64,000 bases of DNA from an uncultured Pelagibacteraceae bacterium (GTDB taxonomy: Bacteria; Pseudomonadota; Alphaproteobacteria; Pelagibacterales; Pelagibacteraceae): contig CACJQI010000003.1 in the NCBI GenBank assembly GCA_902595535.1, positions 20,383 through 84,382 of the forward strand, given 5' to 3'. Positions within the stretch are counted from its first letter, which is position 1, and the number at the start of each line of letters is the position of its first letter. The notes below the pieces were generated by a model. The model did not search any database. It saw only the letters and a program-made list of their open reading frames with translations, and had not been told where the DNA came from. Made by a program: the position numbers and the translations under genes. This document shows, one piece after another, positions 24,612-35,764 of the stretch.

Positions 24612-25922
24612 ATGCTTGATAATTATTTCAATTATAAAAAACACAATACAGATTTCAAAACAGAGGTAATAGCTGGAACAACTACGTTCTTAACCATGGC
24701 TTATATAATGTTTTTAAATCCATTTATCTTATCGGGAGAATTTGCCGGACCCGAAAAAGGTTTCTTTGATTTCGGCGCAGTGTATACCGCAACAATATTA
24801 GCAACGGCATTAGCATGTTTTATAATGGCTTTTTATGGAAAAACTTGGCCAATTGGACTTGCACCTGGTATGGGAATTAACGCATTTGTTGCTTTTGGAG
24901 TTTGTGCAGGAATGGGTTACACACCCCAGGAAGCTTTAGGCGCAGTGTTAGTTGCCGGTGTATTATTTTTAATTATATCTCTTACACCTATTAGAGCTTG
25001 GCTAATTAACTCAATTCCTAAAAGTCTTAAATTAGGTATTGGAGCTGGAATTGGATTGTTCTTAGCAATAATTGGTCTTCAAATAATGGAAGTTGTTGTA
25101 GATAATCCAGTAACATTAGTTCAACTAGGAGACTTAAGTAACCCTCTAGTCTTATTAGGTTGTGCAACTTTCATTGCAATTATCGTATTAGAAAAAATGA
25201 ATGTAAAGGGAAATATTATTATAGGAATTTTAGTATTTAGTATCATTGCGTGGGCAACAGGTCTTGCTAAATTTAATGGTATAGCAAGTTCGCCACCACC
25301 AATGACATATTTATTTGAGTTTGACTTATCAGCTGCAATGACTGCTGGAATGTCTACTGTAATATTTACTTTATTGTTCATTGACTTTTTTGACACAGCT
25401 GGAACGTTAACTTCAGTTGCAAACGTTGCAGGTAAAGTTGACAAACAGGGAAAAGTTCAAGACATCAATAAAGCTATGTTGTCTGATAGTGTTGGAACAG
25501 TTGCGGGTGCAATGATGGGAACTACAACTGTTACAAGTTATGTTGAGTCTGGAGCTGGTGTTAAAGCTGGTGGAAAAACTGGGATGACATCTCTTGTAAT
25601 TGGTTTGCTATTTTTAGCGTGTATATTTTTTGCTCCTTTAGCAACAAGTTTACCAAAACAAATTGATGGTGCTGCCTTACTTTTTGTTTCAGTTCTATTT
25701 ATAAGAAATATTACTGACATTGAGTGGAATGACATATCTGAGTCTGCTCCTGCTATACTTGCAATGATTGCAATGCCTTTAACTTACAGTATTAGTAATG
25801 GTATTGCCTTAGCTTTTGTATCTTATGCTTTAATCAAATTATTTACTGGAAAGTTTTCAAGCACTTCGCCAGCAATTTGGGTTATAGCGATACTAAGTGT
25901 TGTAAGTTTTGCGGTTGCTTAA
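24612..25922 (+). CDS. NCS2/AzgA family purine permease
   Basis: AGTTTFLTMAYI, LAPGMGINAF, DFFDTAGT, SYVESGAGV. Confidence 0.92.
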   Translation: MLDNYFNYKKHNTDFKTEVIAGTTTFLTMAYIMFLNPFILSGEFAGPEKGFFDFGAVYTATILATALACFIMAFYGKTWPIGLAPGMGINAFVAFGVCAGMGYTPQEALGAVLVAGVLFLIISLTPIRAWLINSIPKSLKLGIGAGIGLFLAIIGLQIMEVVVDNPVTLVQLGDLSNPLVLLGCATFIAIIVLEKMNVKGNIIIGILVFSIIAWATGLAKFNGIASSPPPMTYLFEFDLSAAMTAGMSTVIFTLLFIDFFDTAGTLTSVANVAGKVDKQGKVQDINKAMLSDSVGTVAGAMMGTTTVTSYVESGAGVKAGGKTGMTSLVIGLLFLACIFFAPLATSLPKQIDGAALLFVSVLFIRNITDIEWNDISESAPAILAMIAMPLTYSISNGIALAFVSYALIKLFTGKFSSTSPAIWVIAILSVVSFAVA

Positions 25923-25930
25923 AAAATAAT

Positions 25931-25962
25931 TTAATAGGGCTAGTTTCTTCTAGCCCTATTAA
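25931..25962. terminator. Bidirectional terminator
   Basis: Perfect 13-bp stem TTAATAGGGCTAG-TTTCTT-CTAGCCCTATTAA between convergent genes. Confidence 0.85.
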
Positions 25963-26496
25963 TTAATTCTTTTTAATAATTTCCTCAATAGATAATTCCT
26001 CATAATGTTCAGTTGGCTGAACAATCCATGGGTCTCCATCTAATTTTACAGGACAAAAATCTGGCTCAAATGTAGATGATTTTTTTTTCCATAAACAAGC
26101 TGTTTTAACTTCTTTAATGTAATCTTTTGTTGGGGCATAATTTTTTAACCACTCTATACTTTTGTTAAGCGTTAAACCCGTGTCTGAAAGATCATCAATC
26201 AAAAGAACTTTATTGTAATCTTTATTCTCAGCCAAAGAGCTAATTTCCCTAGCAAACATTAATTGACCTTGTTTGTCCTCCATCCCTTCTCCTGAGTAAC
26301 TTTGAATAACAATATATGCGATGGGTAATTTTAAAATTCTAGATAAGATATCAAGTATTGGTGCTGCACCTCTCATGATACCAACAAGAACTGTTGGCTT
26401 ATAATCTTTGTGGATTTGTATTGCTAATTTCTCAACAATTTTAGTATATTCATCAAAGTTAATTATTAATTTCTCTGCCATGAAATTTATTAACAT
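25963..26496 (-). CDS. Purine-type phosphoribosyltransferase
   Basis: VGIMRGA and PRPP loop VLLIDDLSDTGLT. Likely start 26481. Confidence 0.88.
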   Translation of the reverse strand: MLINFMAEKLIINFDEYTKIVEKLAIQIHKDYKPTVLVGIMRGAAPILDILSRILKLPIAYIVIQSYSGEGMEDKQGQLMFAREISSLAENKDYNKVLLIDDLSDTGLTLNKSIEWLKNYAPTKDYIKEVKTACLWKKKSSTFEPDFCPVKLDGDPWIVQPTEHYEELSIEEIIKKN

Positions 26497-26523
26497 AATT
26501 AAATAATTTTAAAAGGAGATATC

Positions 26524-26820
26524 GTGAAAGGATATTGGATAGCACTTTACACAAAAATCGAAAATGTGAATAATTTAAAAAAGTATGCTGAAGCAGCAAC
26601 TCCAGTGATTAAAAAATATGGTGGAATACCTTTGGTAAGAGGAGGTAAGTATAAAGTTCTATCTGGTGATGAATTTCCAAGAACTGTAATTTGGGAGTTT
26701 CCAAGCTTTGAAAAAGCTATCGAATGTTATAATTGTAAAGAGTACCTTGATGGTTGGGCATTAGCAAAAGATACTACTGTTAGAAATTTACAAATAGTAG
26801 AAGGGTTTAGTACTGAATAG
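26524..26820 (+). CDS. DUF1330 domain protein
   Basis: KGYWI...KKYGG.PLVRGG...EFPSFEKA. Confidence 0.85.
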   Translation: MKGYWIALYTKIENVNNLKKYAEAATPVIKKYGGIPLVRGGKYKVLSGDEFPRTVIWEFPSFEKAIECYNCKEYLDGWALAKDTTVRNLQIVEGFSTE

Positions 26821-27442
26821 GTTCAGGATCTATACTTCTCCATAAATACCAAGTTGCAACAGAACAATATGGAGAAAATCTTTTGTATAATAAATTCACA
26901 TATTTTTCTGGTGGTAAATATTCTTTTTTATAATTTTTAGAAATTGCTCTCAATAAACCAATATCTTGTATAGGCCAAATATTTGATCGATTGTACGTAA
27001 ATAATAAAATCATTTCAGCAGACCATCTTCCAATTTGTCTAAGTTTAGATAAATATATTATTGCCTCTTCATCTGACATTTTTGGAATAAGTTTTGAGTC
27101 AAATGTTTTATTCAATGTTTGTTTGGCTAAGCTTTTAATTCCTTTTACTTTTTGTCTACTTAATCCACAACTTTTTAATTGAGTAACTGTTAACTTATAA
27201 ACTGTTTTAGCATTAATTTTATTTTTACATTTTTTTTTAAATTTAGAAAATACAGAGTTAGCAGCAGCCACACTAATCTGTTGACCAATAATGCTTTTGC
27301 ATAATGAATAGAAAATATCTTTTCTTGAAGTAAGTGTAACTTCAGATGGTTCAGAATATTTTTGAATTAAATATTTCATAACTTTATCTTTTCTAGATAA
27401 ATATTTTTTTGCCGAACTCCAGTATTTTGGTACTTTACTCAT
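26807..27442 (-). CDS. alkA: DNA-3-methyladenine glycosylase II (AlkA family)
   Basis: IIGQQISVAAA, HhH motif IGRWSAEM, D.GL, RFSPYCS. Confidence 0.88.
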   Translation of the reverse strand: MSKVPKYWSSAKKYLSRKDKVMKYLIQKYSEPSEVTLTSRKDIFYSLCKSIIGQQISVAAANSVFSKFKKKCKNKINAKTVYKLTVTQLKSCGLSRQKVKGIKSLAKQTLNKTFDSKLIPKMSDEEAIIYLSKLRQIGRWSAEMILLFTYNRSNIWPIQDIGLLRAISKNYKKEYLPPEKYVNLLYKRFSPYCSVATWYLWRSIDPEPIQY

Positions 27443-28319
27443 GTCTAGTTGTTGATGGAATTTTTTCTTTATAATGTATTTCTCTTCTCAAGATAATTAA
27501 TGAAGAAAAAACTACTAACATGGCTCCTAACAAAGTTTTTATAGTTGGAACTTCATCCCAAATGAAGTAACCAAAAATTATTCCAAAAACTAATGCTAAG
27601 TATTTAAGTGGAGACACAAGCGAAACTTCAGATAACTTAAATGACTGTCCAAGCCATAAGTTTGCAAAACCTCCTAAAAAACCAATCATACAAAGTAGTA
27701 TTAAATCTTTAATATTTGGCATTACCCAGCCAAATGGTATTGTGAAAAGGCTAGCCAAAGTAATAGCAGCAGAAAAATATAGAGAGATAAGCCAGACTGG
27801 CTCTGTTGTTGACAATTGCCTTATCGCAATGGCAACATAGGATAAACCTAAACAAAAAATTATTGGATATATGTAGTATATATTTAAAGAATCAAAACCT
27901 GGTTCTGTAATTATTATAATACCAATAAAACCAATTAACACTGCTAACCATCTGTAAAAACCTACTTTTTCACTTAAAAAAAAAATTGAAAAAATCGTTG
28001 TAAAAATTGGAGCTGCAAAAGAAATACTTACAACTGTAGCTAATGGTAAATTTCGTAAAGCAATAAATATGGCAATTAAAGCTATTAGTCCAAAAAAACA
28101 TCTTAAAAAATGTAAACCAATTCTTTTAGTTTGATAAAAATTTTTTATTCTTTCTCTTGGCATTATGAAAAAATATATAATTACTCCAAAAAAACCTCGA
28201 AAAAATAAAACTTGCCCTAATGGATAATTTTCAGACCATTTTACAATTAAATCCATGACTGAAAATGCACATACAGACATAAACATGTACAAAAAGCCTA
28301 ATTGATTTTTAGAGAGCAT
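27435..28319 (-). CDS. DMT/EamA family transporter
   Basis: Two EamA repeats; LSEKVGFYRW and IWDEVP. Confidence 0.88.
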   Translation of the reverse strand: MLSKNQLGFLYMFMSVCAFSVMDLIVKWSENYPLGQVLFFRGFFGVIIYFFIMPRERIKNFYQTKRIGLHFLRCFFGLIALIAIFIALRNLPLATVVSISFAAPIFTTIFSIFFLSEKVGFYRWLAVLIGFIGIIIITEPGFDSLNIYYIYPIIFCLGLSYVAIAIRQLSTTEPVWLISLYFSAAITLASLFTIPFGWVMPNIKDLILLCMIGFLGGFANLWLGQSFKLSEVSLVSPLKYLALVFGIIFGYFIWDEVPTIKTLLGAMLVVFSSLIILRREIHYKEKIPSTTRHE

Positions 28320-28353
28320 AGAATAACTTATAGATTAATTTATATAATAATAA

Positions 28354-28797
28354 ATGGAAATAGCAGTTTTAGGATTGGGATGTTTTTGGGGTCCAGAAAT
28401 AAAGTTTAGTAAACTTGATGGAGTTATTAAAACTGAAGTAGGATATTGTGGTGGTAACAGCGCTCAAACTAGTTACAAAGAAGTTTGTACGGGTGAAACA
28501 AATCATGCTGAAGTAGTAAAGTTAGATTTTGATCCTGAAATAATATCTTATGAAAAAATTATAAAATATTTTTTTGAATTTCACGATCCAACAACTTTAA
28601 ACTCTCAAGGTCCAGATTTTGGGACACAATATAGAAGTGAAATTTTTTACTTAAACGATAAACAGAAAATAATGGCAGAAAAAATATTAAATGAAGAAAA
28701 TAAAAAATTATCTGGAAAAGTTGTAACTAAAATTTCTGTGCTAAAAAACTATTGTCCTGCTGAAGAATATCACCAAAAATATTTAGAAAAAAGATAA
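28354..28797 (+). CDS. msrA: Peptide-methionine (S)-S-oxide reductase
   Basis: GCFWG, QGPDFGTQYRS, AEEYHQKY. Confidence 0.95.
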   Translation: MEIAVLGLGCFWGPEIKFSKLDGVIKTEVGYCGGNSAQTSYKEVCTGETNHAEVVKLDFDPEIISYEKIIKYFFEFHDPTTLNSQGPDFGTQYRSEIFYLNDKQKIMAEKILNEENKKLSGKVVTKISVLKNYCPAEEYHQKYLEKR

Positions 28798-28798
28798 G

Positions 28799-29611
28799 AT
28801 GTCCTTAGTCAGTTCAGATTGGTTAGAGAAGAATATTCATAATGTAAAAATAATAGATTGCTCGTGGCACATGCCACAAGCTCAAAGAAATGGTTTTGAG
28901 GAATATAAGAAAGACCACATACCCAATGCAATTTTTTTTGATTTAGATAAAAATTCAAAGATAGATACAGATTTACCACATATGATGACCGACTCTAGAT
29001 CATGGGAAAAAATAATGAGCAATATGGGGATTAGTAATACTGATCAAATAGTAATTTATGATAACTCTGATGTAATAAGTTCCTGCAGATGTTGGTATAA
29101 TTTAATTTATTTTGGTCATGATCCCAAACTTGTTCATGTTCTTGACGGGGGACTTAAGAAATGGAAAAAAGAAAATAAAATCACAAATGATAAAGAGCCA
29201 ATTATCAAAACCTCTGTATATACATGTGAAGAAAATAAAGAACTTGTTAAAAATAAAAAACAGATTGATGAAAACATTGATACAAAAGTTTTTAATGTTA
29301 TTGATGCAAGAAGCAAAGAAAGATTTGAGGGTAAAGTTTTAGAGCCTAGAAAAGGTTTAAGAAGTGGATCAATAAAAAATTCTTTTTGTTTACCTTTTTC
29401 CGAATTAATAAATGATGATCATACTTTTTTAAGTAAAGACAAAATTAAAACCCAATTTGAGTTATTAAAATTAAATCAAGATAAAAATTTAGTATTTTCC
29501 TGTGGTTCAGGAGTGACCGCAAGTGTATTGGCACTAGCTTATTCCTTAATAAATGATAAATATATGCCGACAATTTACGACGGTTCATGGTCTGAGTATG
29601 GAAGAGATTAA
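28799..29611 (+). CDS. sseA: 3-mercaptopyruvate sulfurtransferase (rhodanese)
   Basis: HIPNAIFFD, LDGG, CGSGVTA, YDGSWSEY. Confidence 0.92.
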   Translation: MSLVSSDWLEKNIHNVKIIDCSWHMPQAQRNGFEEYKKDHIPNAIFFDLDKNSKIDTDLPHMMTDSRSWEKIMSNMGISNTDQIVIYDNSDVISSCRCWYNLIYFGHDPKLVHVLDGGLKKWKKENKITNDKEPIIKTSVYTCEENKELVKNKKQIDENIDTKVFNVIDARSKERFEGKVLEPRKGLRSGSIKNSFCLPFSELINDDHTFLSKDKIKTQFELLKLNQDKNLVFSCGSGVTASVLALAYSLINDKYMPTIYDGSWSEYGRD

Positions 29612-29614
29612 AAT

Positions 29615-30610
29615 ATGAAAAGATCAACAAAAATTATTTCAATAGTATTATTATTCTTTTTTATCATTGCAGCAGTAATAATTGCCAGAACAATGATTGG
29701 TAATCATTTTAAAAAAAAATTTAGTAAAAGACCTCCTCCAGGAATAATTGTAAAAGTTGTTGAACAAAAAATGTTTCAAAATACAATTGAAACCTTTGGA
29801 ACTGCAGTTCCAGCACAAATTAAATCGTTCAATATTGAAAAATATGAAATTTTAGAGCCTATAAAATACAACACAAAAGTTAAGGCTGGAGACATAATTG
29901 CTAAACTCAAGAATAGAAATATAACCACTCCTTTCGATGGCATTATTGGTAAGAGAGATTTTTCCAACGATATTGATGTATCAAAAAGTTCTATTATAGT
30001 AAATCTAGAGGATACATCTATTCTTTTTGTTGATGTAGATATACCTGAAACATTCGCACCGTATGTAAAAAAAGGTCAGAACGTAGATATAAAATTTTCT
30101 GGAAATGCTCTTAAAAATTATCCTGGAATTGTAGAGTCAACTGCAAGCAGAATTGATACAAACAAAAGATCGCTTCCAGTAAGAATTAAACTTGATAACC
30201 CTAATAACGAACTTTTATCAGGGTCACTATTAGAAGTATCTATTAATTATAATCAGAGAAATTCATTAAGTATTCTTGATACCAGTCTAATAATGGAAGG
30301 TGATAATGTTTATGTATACAAAGTAGATAAAGAAAATACTGTAAAAAAAGTACCAGTAGAAATTGGACTAAGAAAAAAAGGGATTGTAGAAATCAAAACT
30401 GGCCTAGAAGATGGTGATACAGTAGTTGCTGAAGGCCTTAAAAAAACAAGGCCTAATGGAAAAATTAAACCAATTAAGTATGGTACAAAACAAAAAACTT
30501 CAAGTTGGAAAAAAAAGGGTGAGCCAGCTAAAAATGAAACAAAAAAAAATAAGTTTGATTGGTTAAAAAAATTAAACCCATTTAAAAAATCTGAGACTGA
30601 GAAAAAATAA
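29615..30610 (+). CDS. RND efflux periplasmic adaptor
   Basis: N-terminal TM helix and adaptor folds, directly upstream of an AcrB-type gene. Lacks a long helical hairpin. Confidence 0.88.
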   Translation: MKRSTKIISIVLLFFFIIAAVIIARTMIGNHFKKKFSKRPPPGIIVKVVEQKMFQNTIETFGTAVPAQIKSFNIEKYEILEPIKYNTKVKAGDIIAKLKNRNITTPFDGIIGKRDFSNDIDVSKSSIIVNLEDTSILFVDVDIPETFAPYVKKGQNVDIKFSGNALKNYPGIVESTASRIDTNKRSLPVRIKLDNPNNELLSGSLLEVSINYNQRNSLSILDTSLIMEGDNVYVYKVDKENTVKKVPVEIGLRKKGIVEIKTGLEDGDTVVAEGLKKTRPNGKIKPIKYGTKQKTSSWKKKGEPAKNETKKNKFDWLKKLNPFKKSETEKK

Positions 30611-30614
30611 ATAG

Positions 30615-33600
30615 ATGTACATCACTGAAGTAAGCATAAAACGACCTGTTGTAGCATGGGTTATGTCTTTAATTCTGATTGTATTTGGTTTATTTGTTTA
30701 CTCTGAACTGCCAGTTAGAGAGTTACCAGATGGTTTGCAACCACCTGTAGTCCAAGTCAAAGTTGATTATAAGTCTGCATCAGCTCCAATTATCGATCAA
30801 GAAATAACTCAAGTAATTGAGGATGTTATAGGAGGTGCTGAAGGGATTAAGAATATCGACTCTAAATCTGAAAATGGAAGAAGTAGTATTAAAATAGAGT
30901 TTGATACAGATATTGAACTTGATGATGCTGCAAATGATATAAGAGAGAGAATAGCAAGAATAGTAGATGCTCTTCCCTCAGAAGCAGATGCCCCACAAAT
31001 ATTAAAACAAGCCGCTGGTTTCACTACAACAATGTGGCTTTCAGTTTCTTCATTAACATGGTCTGATTTAGAACTTGGTGATTATGCAGATAGATATTTA
31101 GTGGATGCTTTTTCAAGTGTAAAAGGTGTTGGAAGAATTCTACTAGGAGGACTTAGAGAATTAAGTGTAAGAGTTTGGATTGATCCTATCAAATTAGCTG
31201 CAAATGATATGACTATTCAAGAAGTCGAAAATGCACTAAGAAATGAGAATATAAGCTTGCCTGCAGGCACTTTAGAAGCAGATAATGTAGATTTAACAAT
31301 TAATTTAGATAAATCTTATACAAATATTGATGAATTAAAATTTTTACCAATTAAAAAAACAAAAGATAAAATTGTAAGATTATCAGATGTTGCAAATGTA
31401 GAATTGGGTCCTGTTTCTGAAAAAACATTATTTAAATCTCAAAGTAAAAATAATTTGAATCAAAAAACAATTGGCATAGGAATATACGCAAAAAGTGGTG
31501 CCTCAACAGTTGAACTATCAAATGAAATTCAAAAAAAAATTAAAGAAGTTAGAAAAACTTTACCTGATAGTTTAAAACTAGATGTTTCATTTAATAGAGC
31601 GACATATGTTAAAACAGCTATAGATGAAGTTTATAAAACTTTAGCGATTGCGTTTGTTTTAGTTGTAATAATAATTTATTTATTTTTGGGTAATATAAAA
31701 GCAGTGATTGTTCCTGCTGTGGCGCTACCGGTGAGCTTAATAGCATCATTTTTAGGTATTTATCTATTTGATTTATCAATAAATATTTTTGTACTTCTTA
31801 GTTTTATACTTGCAATTGGAATTATCACTGATGACTCTGTTATTATGACTGATGCAATATATAGAAGAATAGAAAATGGAGAAAGTCCATTGATTGCTGC
31901 ATATAATGGATCTAAACAAATTACCTTTGCGATAATTGCAACAACTTTAATTTTACTTGCTGTTTTCATTCCATTAATTTTTATAAAAGGAATATCTGGA
32001 ACTTTATTTAGAGAAACTGCTATAGCTTTATCTTTTTCTATAGTTGTCTCATCATTTGTTGCATTAACGCTTTCACCAATGCTAGGAAGCAAGTTTCTTA
32101 ATAAAAAAACAAGCTCTGGTTTTTTTGTTAGAAAATTTAATGTTTTTTTTCAAGGTTTTTCTAATTTTTATAGAGAAACATTAGATTATTGGTTAAATAA
32201 AAAGAAAACGATAATAACCTTCATTATTTTAATTATTGCAGGATCTGTTGCTTTATTCATGTACACAACCAAAGAACTTCTTCCAAAAGAAGATAGGGGT
32301 GTTTATTTGGTTATTGGATTTACTGATGAAGGAAGTTCTTTTGATTACACACAAGAAAAAGCTCAGGTAGTAGAAAAGAGATTGCTACCATTGCTTCAAG
32401 CTGAGAATAGTCCTTATGAAAAATTTATAATGAGAGTTCCAGGATTTGGAAGCTCTGCAAATTCATTTAATAGTTTTATTATTATTGCTTTACTTGAAGA
32501 CTGGAAAAAACGGGAAAAGGATGCAATGACAATAATGCGAGAGGCTATAGGTAAAATCGTAACTGTGCCTCAAACTTTAGCATTTCCAATTTCACCCCAA
32601 TCCATAAGGGTATCTAATTATAATAAACCAGTTCAAATGGTAATTATGGGAAGTACATATGAAGAACTAGAAAGTATTCAAAATGAAGTAATTAGTAAAC
32701 TTAGAAGAAATAGAGGACTATCTAGAATTGAGTCAGACTATAATAGAAACAAACCAGAAGTAAAATTAGTTATCAATAAAAATAAAGCTAAAGATTTAGG
32801 AATATCAACTAAATCTATTGGCCAAACATTAGAGACACTATATGGTGGTAAAAAAGTTACTACGTTCAATAAATTGGGTAAAGAATATCCGATTATTCTT
32901 CAACAATATTTATTTGATAGAAAAGATAAAGATAGTTTAAGTAAACTTTTTGTAAGATCTAACATAACTGGAAAATTAATCTCATTATCAAACTTAGTTG
33001 ACCTAAGAGAAGAAGGCTCAGCAAAAGTATTAGCAAGATATGACCGACAAAGAGCTGTAACAATTTCTGCAAATATAAATGAAAATTATTCTTTATTTGA
33101 GGCGATTGAATATATGGAAAATATAATGGCAGAAGTAGCACCTACTAATCAAATTACATGGAAAGGTGAGTCTGAGGAAGTTAAAGAAACAACAAATGAA
33201 CTTTATATAATTTTTGCCCTTGGTTTACTAACTGCTTATTTGGTAATGGCTGCTACGTTTAACTCATTTATTCATCCATTTATAATTATGCTAACTGTAC
33301 CATTAGCTGTTTTTGGAGGACTGGTATTTATTTTATTCTTAAATAGTTCAATAAATATATTTTCTCAAATTGCTTTGGTAATTCTGATAGGTATCTCAAC
33401 AAAAAACAGTATTTTGATAGTTGATTATGCAAATCAAATAAGAACCACTGGAAAAAAAATAGAAGACTCAATTAAAGAGGCTTGTGAATTAAGATTTAGA
33501 CCCATTATGATGACATCTATAAGTACCATGATAGCAATGTTGCCTTTGGTAATAGGAAATATTGGACCAGGTGCTGGTGAAGCTTCTAGATTGGCTGTAG

Positions 33601-33743
33601 GAGCAACTATACTTGGGGGGATGATAATTTCTACTTTCTTTACACTCTATGTAACTCCAACAATGTATTTAACACTCGCTAAAAATACAAAAAGAATAGA
33701 CTCGGTTGATTTAGAGTTAAAAAAAGAATTATCTAAAAAATAA
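30615..33743 (+). CDS. RND efflux permease (AcrB/AcrD/AcrF family)
   Basis: SIKRPV, AIGIITDDSV, KNSILIV, RFRPIMMTS. Confidence 0.95.
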   Translation: MYITEVSIKRPVVAWVMSLILIVFGLFVYSELPVRELPDGLQPPVVQVKVDYKSASAPIIDQEITQVIEDVIGGAEGIKNIDSKSENGRSSIKIEFDTDIELDDAANDIRERIARIVDALPSEADAPQILKQAAGFTTTMWLSVSSLTWSDLELGDYADRYLVDAFSSVKGVGRILLGGLRELSVRVWIDPIKLAANDMTIQEVENALRNENISLPAGTLEADNVDLTINLDKSYTNIDELKFLPIKKTKDKIVRLSDVANVELGPVSEKTLFKSQSKNNLNQKTIGIGIYAKSGASTVELSNEIQKKIKEVRKTLPDSLKLDVSFNRATYVKTAIDEVYKTLAIAFVLVVIIIYLFLGNIKAVIVPAVALPVSLIASFLGIYLFDLSINIFVLLSFILAIGIITDDSVIMTDAIYRRIENGESPLIAAYNGSKQITFAIIATTLILLAVFIPLIFIKGISGTLFRETAIALSFSIVVSSFVALTLSPMLGSKFLNKKTSSGFFVRKFNVFFQGFSNFYRETLDYWLNKKKTIITFIILIIAGSVALFMYTTKELLPKEDRGVYLVIGFTDEGSSFDYTQEKAQVVEKRLLPLLQAENSPYEKFIMRVPGFGSSANSFNSFIIIALLEDWKKREKDAMTIMREAIGKIVTVPQTLAFPISPQSIRVSNYNKPVQMVIMGSTYEELESIQNEVISKLRRNRGLSRIESDYNRNKPEVKLVINKNKAKDLGISTKSIGQTLETLYGGKKVTTFNKLGKEYPIILQQYLFDRKDKDSLSKLFVRSNITGKLISLSNLVDLREEGSAKVLARYDRQRAVTISANINENYSLFEAIEYMENIMAEVAPTNQITWKGESEEVKETTNELYIIFALGLLTAYLVMAATFNSFIHPFIIMLTVPLAVFGGLVFILFLNSSINIFSQIALVILIGISTKNSILIVDYANQIRTTGKKIEDSIKEACELRFRPIMMTSISTMIAMLPLVIGNIGPGAGEASRLAVGATILGGMIISTFFTLYVTPTMYLTLAKNTKRIDSVDLELKKELSKK

Positions 33744-34332
33744 TATATTTATTTGTACTTAACGAGCTACTACATTCTTTTAGTTGATTTTTATAAATAT
33801 TAGATTGTTTCTCAACTCTTTTTGCTAGATTAATAATCTTTTTATTTTTTTTGTAATGTTTAAAATTTCCCCATCCTTCATGATAAGCAACATACTGTTT
33901 AAAAGCATCAGTTTTAGAAATTTTTAAAATAGAGCTTGATTTATTAGTATACCATCCAATGAAATCAACACTGTCTTTAAACCTAGTTCTCACTGCAAGC
34001 TTATTTCCTGTTTCTTTTTTATATTGTTCCCAGGTGCCATTAACTGCTTGAGAATAACCAAATGAACTTGAGGGTCTTTTATAAGGAATTACTTTAAAAA
34101 GTTTTTGTCTAGGAGGTTTAGCAAGCCAATCAAAGTCTGACTCCATTTTAATGATAGCGAGCTGTAAATAAACAGGGGTTCCCCATTTTTTTTCTGATTT
34201 ATTGGCATGTTTAAACCATAAATACCTTTCATTAAATATTGAACAACTGTTTGATGTGTTTGATGGTACCGAGGAACAAGCTGAAATGAAAAACAATATT
34301 ATTAAAAATAAGTTAATTTTAAAAATTTTCAT
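33733..34332 (-). CDS. SLT-like lytic transglycosylase lipoprotein
   Basis: Lipobox ISAC; IKMESDF, SSFGYSQA, AYHEG. Confidence 0.82.
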   Translation of the reverse strand: MKIFKINLFLIILFFISACSSVPSNTSNSCSIFNERYLWFKHANKSEKKWGTPVYLQLAIIKMESDFDWLAKPPRQKLFKVIPYKRPSSSFGYSQAVNGTWEQYKKETGNKLAVRTRFKDSVDFIGWYTNKSSSILKISKTDAFKQYVAYHEGWGNFKHYKKNKKIINLAKRVEKQSNIYKNQLKECSSSLSTNKYIIF

Positions 34333-34382
34333 ATAATCTTATTAGTAGTTATAATTTATAAATTAAATTAAAAGATTAACAA

Positions 34383-35096
34383 ATGAGTTATTTAATTTTA
34401 GTAAGACACGGCCAAAGTATATGGAATCTTGAAAAAAAATTCACAGGCTGGGTTGATGTAGACTTGACCGAAAATGGAAAATCTGAAGCTATAAAAGCCG
34501 GTGAACTGATAAAAGCGAAAAATATAAATATTGATATTTATTATTCATCTTTTCAATTAAGAGCAAAAAACACCTTAAAATTAATAAAACAAACATTGCA
34601 AGATACAAAAGTTTCAAAAAAATCTTGGCAATTAAATGAACGACACTATGGATCCCTGACAGGTTTAAATAAAGATGAAATGAAATTAAAACTTGGTGAA
34701 AAAAAAGTTTATCAATTTAGACGGTCATGGGATTTACGACCAGACCCATTAGATAAAAAAAATCCTTACCATCCTATCAATATTGATACCTATAAAGAAA
34801 TACCAATTGATAAAATTCCAGACACAGAGTCTCTTAAAGATACTTATGAAAGAGTATTAGAATTTTATAAACAAGAAATCGAAAATGAAATTTCAAAAAA
34901 TAATATTTTAATTTCTGCACACGGAAATTCTATTAGAGCATTATGCAAATACTTATTTGAATTAGATGAAAATCAAATATCTAAATTAGAGATTCCAACT
35001 GGAAATCCACTTTTAATAAATTTAGATAAAGAAAATAAAATTACAGATTGCAAATACTTAGACAAAGAAAGAGCTAAAGACCTTGTAGTTTTCTAA
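34383..35096 (+). CDS. gpmA: 2,3-BPG-dependent phosphoglycerate mutase
   Basis: LVRHGQS, LNERHYG, AHGNS. Confidence 0.95.
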   Translation: MSYLILVRHGQSIWNLEKKFTGWVDVDLTENGKSEAIKAGELIKAKNINIDIYYSSFQLRAKNTLKLIKQTLQDTKVSKKSWQLNERHYGSLTGLNKDEMKLKLGEKKVYQFRRSWDLRPDPLDKKNPYHPINIDTYKEIPIDKIPDTESLKDTYERVLEFYKQEIENEISKNNILISAHGNSIRALCKYLFELDENQISKLEIPTGNPLLINLDKENKITDCKYLDKERAKDLVVF

Positions 35097-35763
35097 AAGT
35101 TTCAAGATCAGTTAAATGATAAAAATTATTATTTGTCTCAAAGCCAAATAATTCTTTTTTTTCAATTAGATCATTCCATACATGTGTTATGGAAAATTTT
35201 TTTTCTTTATATTTAGAAAGTAGTTTTTTATTCATAATTTGGCATCCTGTATAAATAAATTTACTCTCATTATTTTTTATAATCAAATTTTCTTTAAGAT
35301 CAAAATCACCATTCAAATTTTTATCAAAACTTAATTCCTTTTTTACTAATAAAAGTATATTTTGAAGTTTTTTTGAAAAATATATATCTTCCATTTCAAT
35401 AATTTCATTGGAATAATTTTTTTCCCATATTGTGTCTGGATTAAATATTAAAATATTTTCTTCATTCGTATGTTTCATCATATTGCTAATGCCACCTCCA
35501 GTATCAAGAATATTCTCTCCATCATCAATAATCGTGATTTTAGAATTAAATTTTTTATGATTTAAAAAGTCATGAATTTGATCTTTTAAATAAAAAGTAT
35601 TTAGAATAATTTGTTGTATACCTAAATTTTCAATTAGATTAATACAAGTTTCAAGTACTGTAATATTGTTTAATTTGATTAAAGGTTTAGGGGTTTCTAG
35701 TGTTAACGGATTTAATCTTTTCCCATATCCTGCACATAAAATAAAAGCTGTATTAATTCTCAT
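35074..35763 (-). CDS. murU: MurNAc-alpha-1-P uridylyltransferase-like nucleotidyltransferase
   Basis: LCAGYGKRL.PLT..PKPL, LDTGGG. Downstream of an amgK-like gene. Confidence 0.8.
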   Translation of the reverse strand: MRINTAFILCAGYGKRLNPLTLETPKPLIKLNNITVLETCINLIENLGIQQIILNTFYLKDQIHDFLNHKKFNSKITIIDDGENILDTGGGISNMMKHTNEENILIFNPDTIWEKNYSNEIIEMEDIYFSKKLQNILLLVKKELSFDKNLNGDFDLKENLIIKNNESKFIYTGCQIMNKKLLSKYKEKKFSITHVWNDLIEKKELFGFETNNNFYHLTDLETFRKLQGL

Positions 35764-35764
35764 T